Part shown: piece after piece, positions 32,862 to 43,971 of the stretch | Numbering within the stretch: the stretch's first letter is position 1 | Layout of the letters: each line of letters begins with the position of its first letter | Origin: Craspedostauros australis | Taxonomy: Eukaryota | Length of the DNA: 64,000 nt | Direction of reading: 5' to 3' | Assembly (NCBI GenBank): GCA_030167865.1 | Contig: JALAGF010004012.1 | Location: forward strand, 1-64,000 | Translations under genes and position numbers: made by a program | The notes under the pieces: generated by a model | Database searches by the model: none | What the model was told of the DNA's origin: nothing | What the model saw: only the letters and a program-made list of their open reading frames with translations

Positions 32862-34367
32862 ATGTCTCGGTCGCTGCTGCGATTGCCGACGGCCTCTCTG
32901 GTGCAAAGATGTGCCATCCGACTGCAACGCCGATCCGCGTTCTCCGCACTGCAGAACGCTCTCCACGAGTCAGAGCACCATGAAGGGCATCGTGGACAGC
33001 ACCGTGGACAGCACCGTGGAGATGACAACAGCCCGCTGCCAGTCGAGGAGATCGTGCGACTGGACTCCGAACACGTGTGGCATCCCTACGCAAGCCTCCC
33101 CAACACGACCACGCCCTGCTTCCCCGTGGAACGAGCCGATGGGTGCACCATCACGCTGTCGGACGGCCGGCAGCTGGTGGACGGCATGTCATCCTGGTGG
33201 GCCTGCATCCATGGCTACAACCATCCCGTTCTCAACGAGGCCGCGCAGCAGCAGATCGGCAACATGTCGCACATGATGTTCGGTGGCCTCACGCACGAAC
33301 CGGCCGTCCGGCTTGCCAAGACGCTGTCCGACATGACGCCCCGTTGTGAGAAGAGGGCGTTGGATAAGGTCTTCTTCTGCGATTCGGGCAGCGTCGCGAT
33401 CGAGGTCGCCATGAAGATGGCGCTGCAATATCACTACAACCTGGCCGCCATCCAAGGCACCAGCGGCAACCCGCCAAGGTCCAAGTTCCTCACCATCTCG
33501 GGTGGATACCACGGCGACACCTTCCACGCCATGAGCGTTTGCGATCCGGTCAACGGGATGCACCATCTCTTCTCCAAGTCTTTGATACCGCAGATCTTCT
33601 GTCCGAGGCCCGAGATCACCGCCGATCAGGAGTGGAATGACGACGATCCGTCCTTGAAGGCTTTCTTTCAGCATCTCGACCACAACGAAGACGAGATCGC
33701 TGCCGTCATCCTCGAGCCCATCGTGCAGGGCGCGGGCGGAATGAGGTTCTACCATCCCAACTACCTCAAGGCCATCCGGGAGGCCTGCGATGACCGCGGC
33801 ATTCTGTTGATCGCCGATGAGATCGCCACCGGCTTTGGTCGATCCGGGGAGCTCTTCGCCTGCCAGCATGCCGACATCACACCTGACATCCTCTGTGTCG
33901 GCAAGGCTCTCAGCGGCGGTTTCCTCAGCTTTGCAGCTGCGATCACAACCGGCCAGGTGTCGGAGGTCTTCGCCCAGGGCCCCGCCGGCGTCCTCATGCA
34001 CGGACCCACCTTCATGGGCAACCCGCTGGCCTGCGCCGTGTCCGATGCCAATCTGCGCCTCCTGCAATCCTACGATTGGCATGGTACGGTTCGGGATATT
34101 GAAACGCAGCTGAAGCAGCAGCTGGAACCGGCCAAGCAGAGTCCCCACGTCCAGGATGTGCGCGTTATGGGCGCGATCGGTGTCATTGAGATGAAGGAGC
34201 AGATGAACATGAGTATTGTGCAACCGGAGCTCGTCCATGAGCACGGCGTGTGGTTGCGTCCGTTCGGGAAGCTGCTGTACACCATGCCGCCCTTCGTCAT
34301 CCAGAAGGAGGAGTTGCAAAGTATCACGGATGCCATGGTGAAGCTTGCTCATCGCGGTCCTCGGTAA
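32862..34367 (+). CDS. bioA: Adenosylmethionine-8-amino-7-oxononanoate (DAPA) aminotransferase with mitochondrial-type leader
   Basis: HVWHPY, VDGMSSWWACIHGYNHP, MFGGLTH, DSGSVAIEVAMKMALQY, YHGDT, EPIVQGAGGM, IADEIATGFGRSG, GKALSGG (PLP Lys), HGPTFMGNPLACA, WLRPFGKLLYTMPP; Arg/Ser/Leu-rich N-terminus. Confidence 0.96.
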   Translation: MSRSLLRLPTASLVQRCAIRLQRRSAFSALQNALHESEHHEGHRGQHRGQHRGDDNSPLPVEEIVRLDSEHVWHPYASLPNTTTPCFPVERADGCTITLSDGRQLVDGMSSWWACIHGYNHPVLNEAAQQQIGNMSHMMFGGLTHEPAVRLAKTLSDMTPRCEKRALDKVFFCDSGSVAIEVAMKMALQYHYNLAAIQGTSGNPPRSKFLTISGGYHGDTFHAMSVCDPVNGMHHLFSKSLIPQIFCPRPEITADQEWNDDDPSLKAFFQHLDHNEDEIAAVILEPIVQGAGGMRFYHPNYLKAIREACDDRGILLIADEIATGFGRSGELFACQHADITPDILCVGKALSGGFLSFAAAITTGQVSEVFAQGPAGVLMHGPTFMGNPLACAVSDANLRLLQSYDWHGTVRDIETQLKQQLEPAKQSPHVQDVRVMGAIGVIEMKEQMNMSIVQPELVHEHGVWLRPFGKLLYTMPPFVIQKEELQSITDAMVKLAHRGPR

Positions 34368-34767
34368 CAGCCATCTGCGTGTTGCTCATTGTGGCATAGG
34401 ACTCGTATTGTGCAAGGTCTTGCCTTGCCTAGCAGTTTGGTTGGTTGGTTGGTTGGTTGGGATTGATCAATACTGTGCCTTCAGTGCTGTTGCATTGGCG
34501 CGGATGTGTGCGACCTGTAGCTTACATACTCGTAGATGAGGGAGGTCGACAAGAAGCATGCTCGTACTCGCACAAGGGGAGCTGAAACGCACTGACCCGT
34601 TTATTCTTGGTGTGCACTGTCACCAGAGAAGACCATACTGCGAGTAGATATCATCGGTCTGTAGCGTCTGGATCAGATTCTATTTTAATTGCAGCCCCGA
34701 GCAGCTATGCTCGTATCTGTTCCGACTCCGTAGCGGTACTCGTAGCTGAATAGCGTCCTCCGCGCGT

Positions 34768-36975
34768 TCAATTGGCCAACTCCCCCTTAGCGGCCTTGGT
34801 GTTGTGGAAGTAAAAATAGCCTGCCTTGCGTGCCCGTTCCATGCATGGAATGCAGGCGCCCGGCCCGTTGCGTCCATTGTCCTCCTCCAGCCAGACCAGC
34901 TTGGATGCGGGCGGCGAGAACGATCCTGGTCGCTGTGTCTGTGATGGCGCCAAACAAGTCAATGGAGAAGTGGTCCCCTTGCCGCTGCTGTCGGGGGAGA
35001 TTTGCTTCGCGCGATCTCCACTCCCGTTGCCTCCCTCCGCAGCATCGACATTCTCCTTGCCGTCGCTCGCAGCATCCTGATCGACCTCCATGCCATCCCC
35101 GGGCTTGTCGGCGTCCAGGATGTTGGACACGGTCCACACCTTGGGACTGCAAGCTTTGCACACCACCTCGGTGCACCATCGGCACCGCTGGTAGTCGCAG
35201 TCCGAGCACAGGGCCTCGTGGCAGACGTTGCACCCATCCTTGAGAAGCTTGGCATCCTTGCAATCCTTGCAGTGCGGTCCGCACTTGGACTTGCACTGCT
35301 CCCAGGAATGCATATGCCGGCGGGAGCACCATGAGCAGAGCTGTTTGGGGCAGCTGGAGCATGTTTTGGCGTGGATACAGATGATCTGCTTGCAGAAATC
35401 GCATTGCGGCGCTTGTTTGCTCGGCGCAACAGTGCTGGCGTCCTTGTTTTTGCCGTTGGCTTGATTGCTGGATTCTTTGTGATCATGATCGGCTGTGGCT
35501 TTGTCGGCGCAGGCATCGATGCTGCCGTGGCAATCATCGCAGACGAGGCAGTTGGGCTGGATCTGATGGTGCCGGCAGCAGCAGTTCGTGAAAGACTGCA
35601 CCCATCCCGTCTTGTGGCACTTGAGGCAGGCCTTCTCCTGCACCAAGCGCTCATGTCGGCGCTGCACTTCCTCCAGTTGCAGAGTGTTGGGTGCGTTCGA
35701 GTCAACCGCTGTTGTTGTTGTTGTTGGATCTCCCTTGCCGGTTGTTGCCGGTGGTGTCGCAACCACGCTGGACTTTTGATCGTCATCAGCCGCATCCTCA
35801 GTGCTAGATGACGGTGTCATTGCTGACTTTGGCGGGGTGCTCGAAGTCGAATCTGATTGGATGGATTTGGATGGCGACACGTTGTTGTTGGTAGATTTGG
35901 ATGGATCATTGACACTGGCATTGTCATCACCTGCGATGGAAGAGAGGGGCGAGACTCTGGAAGTTGCGGGGTCACCCAAGAGCTTCTTCCCAGCTGGCGA
36001 CCTTGCAGCCTGGATCTCCGTCCGCAACCGATCGATGTGCACGCTGAGGCGGTCCAGGGTGTCGTTATCGAGAGAATGAAAGGCGTGCACGGGGACCTGC
36101 AAGATCATCTTGGCCCAAATGGAGCTGGTGGCCGAGGTGAGAAGAGCGGGTGGAGACGTGGCCACGGAAGATGTGAGCGCCGCCGGAGACGTGATGCTAG
36201 GATTGCCGACAGGCGGATGGTTTGCGTTGCCGTGAAGCGTGGCGATGTCGAAGTCCGAAGACGTGACTCGACGCGAGTGCATGGACTGCGGTGTCGGGAA
36301 GGAGGATGTCGGAGGAAAGACCTTGCGTCGAACATCTGACAGAGGGTTGTGGAAGTGATTGCTGGCGACCTCGCTGCGGCTTGCACTTGCAGCTGCCATG
36401 GCCAGCACATCCACACCGGCGGGTGTGCTCGCGCCATGCAGCAACGGAGTGCCCCGCGCATGCGCTCCCGTTGCCGGCCGTAGTCGAGGTTGGAGAAGAT
36501 GGTGGTTCTGCGAGAACGGTTGGTGCGGTTGCCGTGAATGATGCTGAGTGTAGGGTTGTGGCTGGAAGCTGGTGAGTCCAGAGAGGGCTTTCAGTTCGGT
36601 GGCAGAAACTCTGTGAGTGGCAAGTTCCGAGGTGATGGCCGCAGCGGTCTGACCAACCTTGATGCGTTTGTTCGGTCTGCCATCGTTTCCGCTGTTGGCA
36701 CTGCCACTGCCGATGCCGCTATTGAGCGGATGAGCCGGGTGGCTGTTCTCTTCCCTTGTCTTCATGTGAGCATTCGCCTGCAGCGACGCATTCGCCTGCA
36801 TCTGAGCTCCATGATAAGCGAACAAATAGTGGTGCTGACGATGTTGCTCCTTCTGTAGATGCTGCTCCATCAGCATGGGCAAGATGTCATCGCTGTCGCT
36901 AGCACTTGCAATACCGCTGTTGCCGCTGTTGGCATTGTTGGCACTGACCCCAGTGCTTCCCTGGGTGATGACCAT
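34768..36975 (-). CDS. Hypothetical protein: low-complexity N-half plus multi-CxxC (zinc-binding) C-half
   Basis: 735-aa uninterrupted ORF with more than 10 CxxC pairs (CDFC..CSSC..CSWC..CKDC..CNVC..CSDC..CRWC..CKAC) and an NLS-like RPNKRIK. Confidence 0.8.
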   Translation of the reverse strand: MVITQGSTGVSANNANSGNSGIASASDSDDILPMLMEQHLQKEQHRQHHYLFAYHGAQMQANASLQANAHMKTREENSHPAHPLNSGIGSGSANSGNDGRPNKRIKVGQTAAAITSELATHRVSATELKALSGLTSFQPQPYTQHHSRQPHQPFSQNHHLLQPRLRPATGAHARGTPLLHGASTPAGVDVLAMAAASASRSEVASNHFHNPLSDVRRKVFPPTSSFPTPQSMHSRRVTSSDFDIATLHGNANHPPVGNPSITSPAALTSSVATSPPALLTSATSSIWAKMILQVPVHAFHSLDNDTLDRLSVHIDRLRTEIQAARSPAGKKLLGDPATSRVSPLSSIAGDDNASVNDPSKSTNNNVSPSKSIQSDSTSSTPPKSAMTPSSSTEDAADDDQKSSVVATPPATTGKGDPTTTTTAVDSNAPNTLQLEEVQRRHERLVQEKACLKCHKTGWVQSFTNCCCRHHQIQPNCLVCDDCHGSIDACADKATADHDHKESSNQANGKNKDASTVAPSKQAPQCDFCKQIICIHAKTCSSCPKQLCSWCSRRHMHSWEQCKSKCGPHCKDCKDAKLLKDGCNVCHEALCSDCDYQRCRWCTEVVCKACSPKVWTVSNILDADKPGDGMEVDQDAASDGKENVDAAEGGNGSGDRAKQISPDSSGKGTTSPLTCLAPSQTQRPGSFSPPASKLVWLEEDNGRNGPGACIPCMERARKAGYFYFHNTKAAKGELAN

Positions 36976-37738
36976 CCTCGTTGCTCGTTATCCTGAGCTT
37001 CTTCTGTGGAGCTCTGCTCAATGTCCTAATGGATGCCGAGAAGCGTATGCTCACTTGTGATGTTCTTTGGCATGAGTTGTGATGTCAGTTGCGATAATGT
37101 CAGCTGCAATAATGTCAGTCTCCCCAGTGTGCGACTACTATCCCAAGCATGTGATTTATGACAGTGCAGATGTCGGATGCCCAATGTTCAATGCCCAATG
37201 CTCAATGTCCCGACGAGGAGCAATTGTGGAGAGAAGAGCACCCAACAAAGTCAGAGAGACGGAGAGACGGCTTCTTCCGACAATGTTCCAGTTTGTGTGA
37301 ATGGTTCGTACTGCGCGAGCAAGCGATTGCATCCGAGTACCAGAGTACTCGTAGAGTATTCCATACATGAGCCCCGGCAATACCACAACAGTACTCGTGC
37401 GCAGCTCGCGCAACACAGCAGAACACAACATGACGAGCTATCTGGTCCATTGCGATGCATTGCCATCACTCCTTTTTATTCATGACTGCGTGGCGTGCTG
37501 AGCTATCGCGACGAACAACGCGGCACAGAAACTCAAAAAATGCGGGCACATGATTTGGCGTCAAAAAATGATCTCGGCGCTCGGTATTTGTGTGTGTTCG
37601 TCATGTGCATCCGACATGCACATTGGCGAGCTCCCTTCATCGTCTAATACAAGTATGAGTTTGAAACAGGATGACCTTGCGCACTTCGGTGGCGCACACA
37701 TACATGTCGCGATAGCTCTCCAACCGTTAGCAGTATGA

Positions 37739-38760
37739 CAGGCTCAGACCGTTAACGGACGTTAAAAAGGCCTTAGACACATCAACCACTTCTAGTTTCA
37801 ATTTGAATGCTACAACCAGTCATCAGTATGCTGTGGTGTTACGCAGAGTAGAGTGGAGCAGAGAACAAGCAACGTGTGTTGTCGAAACCAGGTGGCAGCA
37901 AAAGCCGGTGTCGTTGGAGGACGCCATGGAAGCATCTGTGACCCACAAGTTGATCGATGCACAGCGGGTCTTGGTGTGCGGTTGCCAGACGTGTCAGAGC
38001 TGAGTCCTCGAGTGTGATACGCACAGAAATGAGAGCCACGAAGAGCAGCATAACATTGCACCGCAGAGGACGACAAAGGATGGCATCGTCCTCCAGCATT
38101 CACAGTGCGAAACCAATTCGACATCAATGGATGAGGCAGTCGCAGATGATGGACAATACGAACCATGCGTCCTCGCATGGTACATGCCTTGCAGTGGCCT
38201 GCTTGCCTACCAAACCTTCTCATCAGATTGGGAACTTGCGGAAACGGCTTGGACCTGTGATGAGCTGATGGATCATGGTTCATACTGTGTCTTCGTCCAG
38301 TCGTGCATCGTGTCGCGCCACATAGGGGTCACGGTAATGTGTTCATTCACCATACTATTGAGTGAACGCTGTGTCCGTTGTTCTGTTTGGAAACGCTGAG
38401 TCGTACTGTTCACACCATGTATTGCGCTGGAGTCCAGGACAAGCAACCATCTCTGGTTGTGATGCAACGTTCGGTGCTTTCAATTAAGCCACATGTCACA
38501 GGAAGCTAGTGGATTGGTTCCGATTTCGGCCGCACTTAAAATGGATACATATGTAAGAGACATTTCAAGTGTCGTGAGAGTGTCACATCGATCCCGCCGC
38601 GCTGCATTGTCGAACGTCGTGACGCACAAACGTGCATATATGGCGATGAGTCAAAATGTCTCTGTGCAGCCTCGATGTTGACCTGTGGTGCATTCAAACC
38701 ACCCACCGCTTTGGTGCCAGCAAAACTACAATTTGTCGTGGTTCGTTTGCCGCGCCGGAT
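37739..38760 (+). mobile_element. Possible highly degenerate hAT-like DNA transposon fragment
   Basis: CAGGCTCAGACCGTTAACGGACGTTAA terminus-like segment with CCGTTA repeats; broken frames with CGCQTC, GNLRKRL and SLDVDLW (cf. hAT SLTxDxW). Weak evidence. Confidence 0.2.
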
Positions 38761-39243
38761 GCAGTAGGACACCACGTCAACAATAGAAGAACAACGCCGA
38801 GACAGTGTTTCATGTGTGGAGGCTCTTTTGTTGTTGTTTGGGCAACGACAACACCGCTACCAAGAACAGCCAGAGCGACGACAGGAGCAACAGCAACCAC
38901 GACAGCAGCAAGAAAGAGGCGCGGCGCCGACAATGGAGATGTTGGGAACGACGGCACAGAGAAAAACACCCACGTCGCAACACACACCAGTTGCCATACC
39001 CACACCCACACTCAAAGGTACTACACCAAGCGCATCCCACACTTCGCGCTCCACAAGGGACGACAAGTTAGCACGAAGCAGTTCACGATCACGGAGGAGG
39101 AAAACACAAAATAGCGAAGTCGCCAACAGTTGTCCGCAGCAGACAGACAGACACCGTGTGAAAAGGTGCTTGCAAAGCAGGAGTGGGGTTTGGCTTGGCT
39201 TGACTTCGCGGGGACCGCCGTGGATAACGAAGGGTGAACGTTG

Positions 39244-39283
39244 TGACAGCATTGACAGCATTGACAGCATTGACAGCATTGAC
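39244..39283. repeat. 9-bp tandem repeat (TGACAGCAT)x4
   Basis: tgacagcat tgacagcat tgacagcat tgacagcat tgac. Confidence 0.9.
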
Positions 39284-39699
39284 GACGGCAGTACTTATAC
39301 CATCATCACCACCTCGTCCATAAACATCGAAACAGAACGATACGAATTCGACCCAAAATTGGAGAGGTGGACGAAGGCAGCGGGACAGACCATCGTTCGT
39401 GGTGACCAGTGGCGGAGATCTCTCCCTCACACAATCACAGACACCCGCGCAACGCAACACAGCGCGTACGACTTGTGGTGCCCTGAGTCAGTCCACCACA
39501 TCCCGTCCTCTACGCTCCTGGTATTGTCGCTTAACCGTTTCCTGTTTCATCTTCAACGGCGAACGCCCAAGAGCCTCCTTTCCAATTGCCACAGAGCGCA
39601 CGAGCGTGGAGATCGTTATACTCCATCAAAGGTGTGATAGGTGATAATCGAGAGTACTATACTACTACTACTAGTACTACTCTACTCCAGCAAGGACCG

Positions 39700-41934
39700 A
39701 TGGATTTGGATCAGGGCTTCGTCGTGGTCAACGTGCGCTCGGACAACGAGCACGAAGCTCAAGCCACCAAAGCTGAGGAGGAAGTATTTCGGCAGGCAGC
39801 AGCATCATTTGACGCGGCACCGGCGTCGCCTTCGTCCTTAGAACCATCTGCTGGGGAGGTCGAATCGTCACCAGTCCCATCATCCACCAATACCGGCCAC
39901 AACCATCGATACTTCCATAATCAACATCACAACATCAACCACAACGACAACGACAACCACAACTACGAGTACGGCCAACACCACAATCACAACCAAAGCC
40001 ACAGCAACCATCACCCACATAACCACAACCACAGTTACGGCCTAAATCACACGCCAAGTCACTCTCACAATTTCGAGAGCAACCTCACCACTCGCGCAGA
40101 ACAATCTGGCCAAAGGCCAACATCAAGCAACGTGTCGGTTTCCACCTCCGGGTCAGGGTCTGCATGTCGGTCAGCGACAGACCCAGGCCACCTCTTCGTT
40201 TCGCCGTCTCCAGATTGTCACAACTTTTATGAATCACCATCCCAAAGTCCGCACTTGCATCTCTATCAGCAGCAGCAACACTATCAGCAACGGCAACATC
40301 GACAACAACAACGACAACAACGACAGCAACAACGACAACAACTTGAGCATCATCACCAGTATCGACAGCAGCGTCAGGACCTTGACCAGAGTCAGTACCA
40401 GTATCAGTCTTCGCAGCAACCGCAGCAGCAGCAAAGCGGCCTTGGACGTCAGTACATCCAGTCAACCCAACTTGCCCAATCAACACCATCGTCATCGTCA
40501 ACGTCGTCGTCGCAACAGTACTCGAGCGGTACAGAGCAACAATCCTTGGACGAGCGAAACAGACTGATCGAGCAGCAGCAGCAGTGGCTCATCGAACAAC
40601 AACGCCAGCTACAAAGAGAACAGCAGAGACTGCAACAGCAGCGACAGCAGCTTGAACGTCAGCAGAGATTGCAGGCGGAACGCGAGGAGCACATCCGAAG
40701 GTTGCGAGAGCTCGATCAGCAGCTGGCGATTGGCTCAGCCTATCCATCAGCACCACCGCTCACGACATCCCGCAGCGAAACCGTCGCCGGCAGCAGCAAC
40801 AGCAGCAGCAACAGTTACACGAGCAACGCAGACGTCCCTTCCATGCCGCCACAACGCCGAACCAGATCCGCAGACGCTCACCAGCTCCTGCACAACCCAG
40901 GCATATTGCGCACACCCATGGAGCCTCGGTTCGAGCAGCGCCAACGCACGCGCTCCTCGCCACATCCGCAGCCATATCACCATGCGCGTTCTCATGCTGA
41001 CTATCAGCAACCGCCACGGCCGCTCTCGCCCCACGCTGCTGCCTACGGTATACCGGAGGAGGACATCGGCGCTCCCAACATGCAAGCAGATGCGGACCTC
41101 AGTCAGCACGACTCGGACAGCCAAATCGAAAAGGACAGCGAGGTCGCGCGCTTCCTGCAAAAGCAGGAGGAAACGCAGGCCATGATCGAAGCGCACAACT
41201 CCGTTCAGAACGAGCACTCCGAGATGCTCTGCACTCCCTGCGGCAGGGCCATTCTATTCGTCGAAACCGTGTGCGATGCCTGGAGGCGGGTCCTCAGCCA
41301 GGAGACGCCATCCGTCCGAGGGGCCGTACGCTTCGTCATCCGCCAGGAGGAGATCATCCCGAAGGTGGAGCAGCTCCTCGAGATCCAGGACATCTACAAG
41401 GCGTGCGGGAAGCCGGCCGACATCGACCTAGGCTACTACTTCGCCACCAGCGACGAGGTGTCCGCGGTGCGCACTTCTGGAATCCAAGTCGCCTATCCAG
41501 ATCTCAGCCGCATCAACGCCCACGGCGATCACCACAACGTGCACATCTTCGGCGAGGGCGTGTACACTTCGGACGCATTCAGCAACATCGCCATGAGGAG
41601 CAAGCAGGTCGCCATGTCGGTCATCCGTCTCAAGGGCAAGGTCGGCACCGTCCGCGTTGTCCAGCCAGAAAACCGCATGTTCGTCAAGCTTGACAACGTC
41701 AGCGAGGACACAGAGTTCGACACGTTGCTCGGCAATTCCACCATCCCATCGCACACCTTCACACCCGGAAACTGCCCGAACGATCAGGTGGTCCTCAAGA
41801 CGGCGCAGCAGTGCCTTCCCCTCATTCAGTTCCCAACCGCCATGGTGCGCAATCCGAATCACGCCGTTCTCTTGCGTCGCCTGCACGACACGCTCAATGG
41901 GATCATCAGCACCGTGTTGAACGCGGGTGTTTGA
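39700..41934 (+). CDS. His/Gln-rich protein with MIU-like motif and degenerate PARP-like ART domain (paralogous to the domain in 30228-32369)
   Basis: KPADIDLGYYF..VRTSGI..FGEGVYTSDAF..IRLKG..VVLKTAQQCLPLIQFP aligns with RPFLIDIGYHYT..YGNGVYTCDNF..ARLQG..TVLKTSAQCCPLVQYP; DSEVARFLQKQEE; no RING or DTC. Confidence 0.82.
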   Translation: MDLDQGFVVVNVRSDNEHEAQATKAEEEVFRQAAASFDAAPASPSSLEPSAGEVESSPVPSSTNTGHNHRYFHNQHHNINHNDNDNHNYEYGQHHNHNQSHSNHHPHNHNHSYGLNHTPSHSHNFESNLTTRAEQSGQRPTSSNVSVSTSGSGSACRSATDPGHLFVSPSPDCHNFYESPSQSPHLHLYQQQQHYQQRQHRQQQRQQRQQQRQQLEHHHQYRQQRQDLDQSQYQYQSSQQPQQQQSGLGRQYIQSTQLAQSTPSSSSTSSSQQYSSGTEQQSLDERNRLIEQQQQWLIEQQRQLQREQQRLQQQRQQLERQQRLQAEREEHIRRLRELDQQLAIGSAYPSAPPLTTSRSETVAGSSNSSSNSYTSNADVPSMPPQRRTRSADAHQLLHNPGILRTPMEPRFEQRQRTRSSPHPQPYHHARSHADYQQPPRPLSPHAAAYGIPEEDIGAPNMQADADLSQHDSDSQIEKDSEVARFLQKQEETQAMIEAHNSVQNEHSEMLCTPCGRAILFVETVCDAWRRVLSQETPSVRGAVRFVIRQEEIIPKVEQLLEIQDIYKACGKPADIDLGYYFATSDEVSAVRTSGIQVAYPDLSRINAHGDHHNVHIFGEGVYTSDAFSNIAMRSKQVAMSVIRLKGKVGTVRVVQPENRMFVKLDNVSEDTEFDTLLGNSTIPSHTFTPGNCPNDQVVLKTAQQCLPLIQFPTAMVRNPNHAVLLRRLHDTLNGIISTVLNAGV

Positions 41935-43971
41935 AAACACGAATGGCCAAATGTGAATGGACATCGGCTCTGACCCTTGTCCTGCCATGCATCGGTTTTT
42001 GAGGTGACAAGTATTCTACTCAGCAGGATGATTGAGTCGGGTCGCACGATTTGCTCTACTGCCCGACACGCCCATGCACGCATGATGATGATGGAGGAGG
42101 AAGGCACATGCTCTAGCAGGGCACATACGTACGAGCGGATGCGCGCCTGTAACTGTGATGGGTTCCCACGCGAAACAATCCAGCGGGTGTCAAAGAAAGA
42201 AGGCGCCAAGCAGGATCCGATGATCCTCGTTCGGTCTCAATGCACGCCATCATGTTGATACAGCCGATGGACAACAGCGTGTCAAACGAACGCCGTAAGA
42301 AGATTGAAATTGGGTCTCCAGAGCGTCCTCGTCGAGTATTCTGGTGGTACAATACTATTATACCAAGCCATCCCGTAGGACAGCAGAGCGCTTCACCACT
42401 GTATTTACCCTAACGAGCAAAGTTAAGGATAGGACGAGTCGCTGGTTCCTGGTACGAGCTGCTGCACCAACATCATATCTGGTATCACATCTTGTTTCTC
42501 TGCCGTTCGCACCTCTCTAACTGCCCAGATTGCAACAACCCAAACCAATCTCACGGCCAAAGAATGGGACACCAATGCTCTTCATGTTCTTCACATTCGC
42601 ACTTGATGGCTGCGCTTCCGATTGCTGATGTCGTCATCGTTCCCGTTTCTGCCAGTGCGTGGTCCATTTCTCATTTTGCCACTGGTCAACACATCGGCTC
42701 TCATTTGCGTATTGTTCTGGCGCGTGCCCTTGAACTCGTGACAGCCAGAGCACGTCTCAGGCGCGTGCTTCGTAACACACAAGTCACGACAAAGGATGCA
42801 GCGTTCGCTCTGTCAGAAAGGAACCGTTCTACACAAGGAAGACCTGGGGAGCAAGTCGGAGGCCAGACGTATTGCGTGTATTTTAGAAGCTCCCCTTCCA
42901 TGCCGGTTGGGGGCAGCCAAGTACGAGCACAAGTACAAAGAGGAGTACTCAATCGGATGGATGTAAATCTCCGTCCAAGGAATTCCGTTGTTCCACACAA
43001 GAGCTCCTGGGTACGCGATTCCGTCACTTCGGAGAGGAGCTTGTGCTGGTATGGCACGAGGAGGACCAAGAGAACAAGCGAGAAAAGTGGGCGTCAATTG
43101 ATGGTTGTGGAATGGCGCTCTGTCACCAAGCTTCGCCAGCATTGGTGTGGCCAATTGTTCTCGACGTGCCCTCGACGACGGCCTTTTCGGTCCTCACATT
43201 TTGGATCTCATCACACAATAGCTCGTACAGATCGTATGCACTGGAACAGGAGCACATGGATTTCCACCAGCCATGGGATTGTTTGGATTGTTGTTTGGAG
43301 ACGAAGAGAATGAGAGCGCATTGGTGCGAACAGAGTCCTCGCACACTTCTCCTAGAACCATGCTCGTACTAGTACGAGCTACACGTGCGTATGATGGTGT
43401 GCGACACATGTGGAAGCCAAGTGGCTGTCTTGGATACTATTCTATTCAACCGACGTCCGATTACTTGCTCATCTCGTCCATGAAGGGTTCGGCCATTCTG
43501 CGTTGCAGGAATGACAAGGCAAGCACCTCGGATCCTTTCGGGCTTGGAATCATTTGGCGCAGGCACAGACATAATCACAATCGCTGAGCCAACGCGGTGA
43601 CATGCGAATGCAAAGTTCCGTATGCACCCTGGACAGTGCAGCATGCCAAAAGCGAGAAAAGGCATGATACCAACCGCAAACGGACCAAGCCCCACACTCG
43701 TTGACATGAGACGGAGCAACGTTGTGCTCTGCAACTAGTCGAGCACTCGCACATCGCATCGAATCGAATCGAATCGAATTGTACCAAGCGCTTGCATCAT
43801 GTGTGCTCGTAGGAGCTCACCAATCGCACAGCCCGACTTCCGCAGATGGTATCCTCATAAAACGACCATCCCAAACTATTCTACTCCACTCTACTCTAAA
43901 CCCATACTCTGCACTTGCCACTGTACGAGTATTGCAATACAGTATCAACATTAACATCATATAATATCATC

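Noticed and set aside
33189-34352. 387-aa minus-strand ORF
   Set aside because: Antisense shadow of bioA
38816-39637. 273-aa plus-strand ORF
   Set aside because: Low-complexity and repeat-derived; probably UTR or promoter of the downstream gene
42492-43587. Cluster of mid-length ORFs on both strands
   Set aside because: No recognisable motifs or codon bias; may be decayed repeat DNA but cannot be supported
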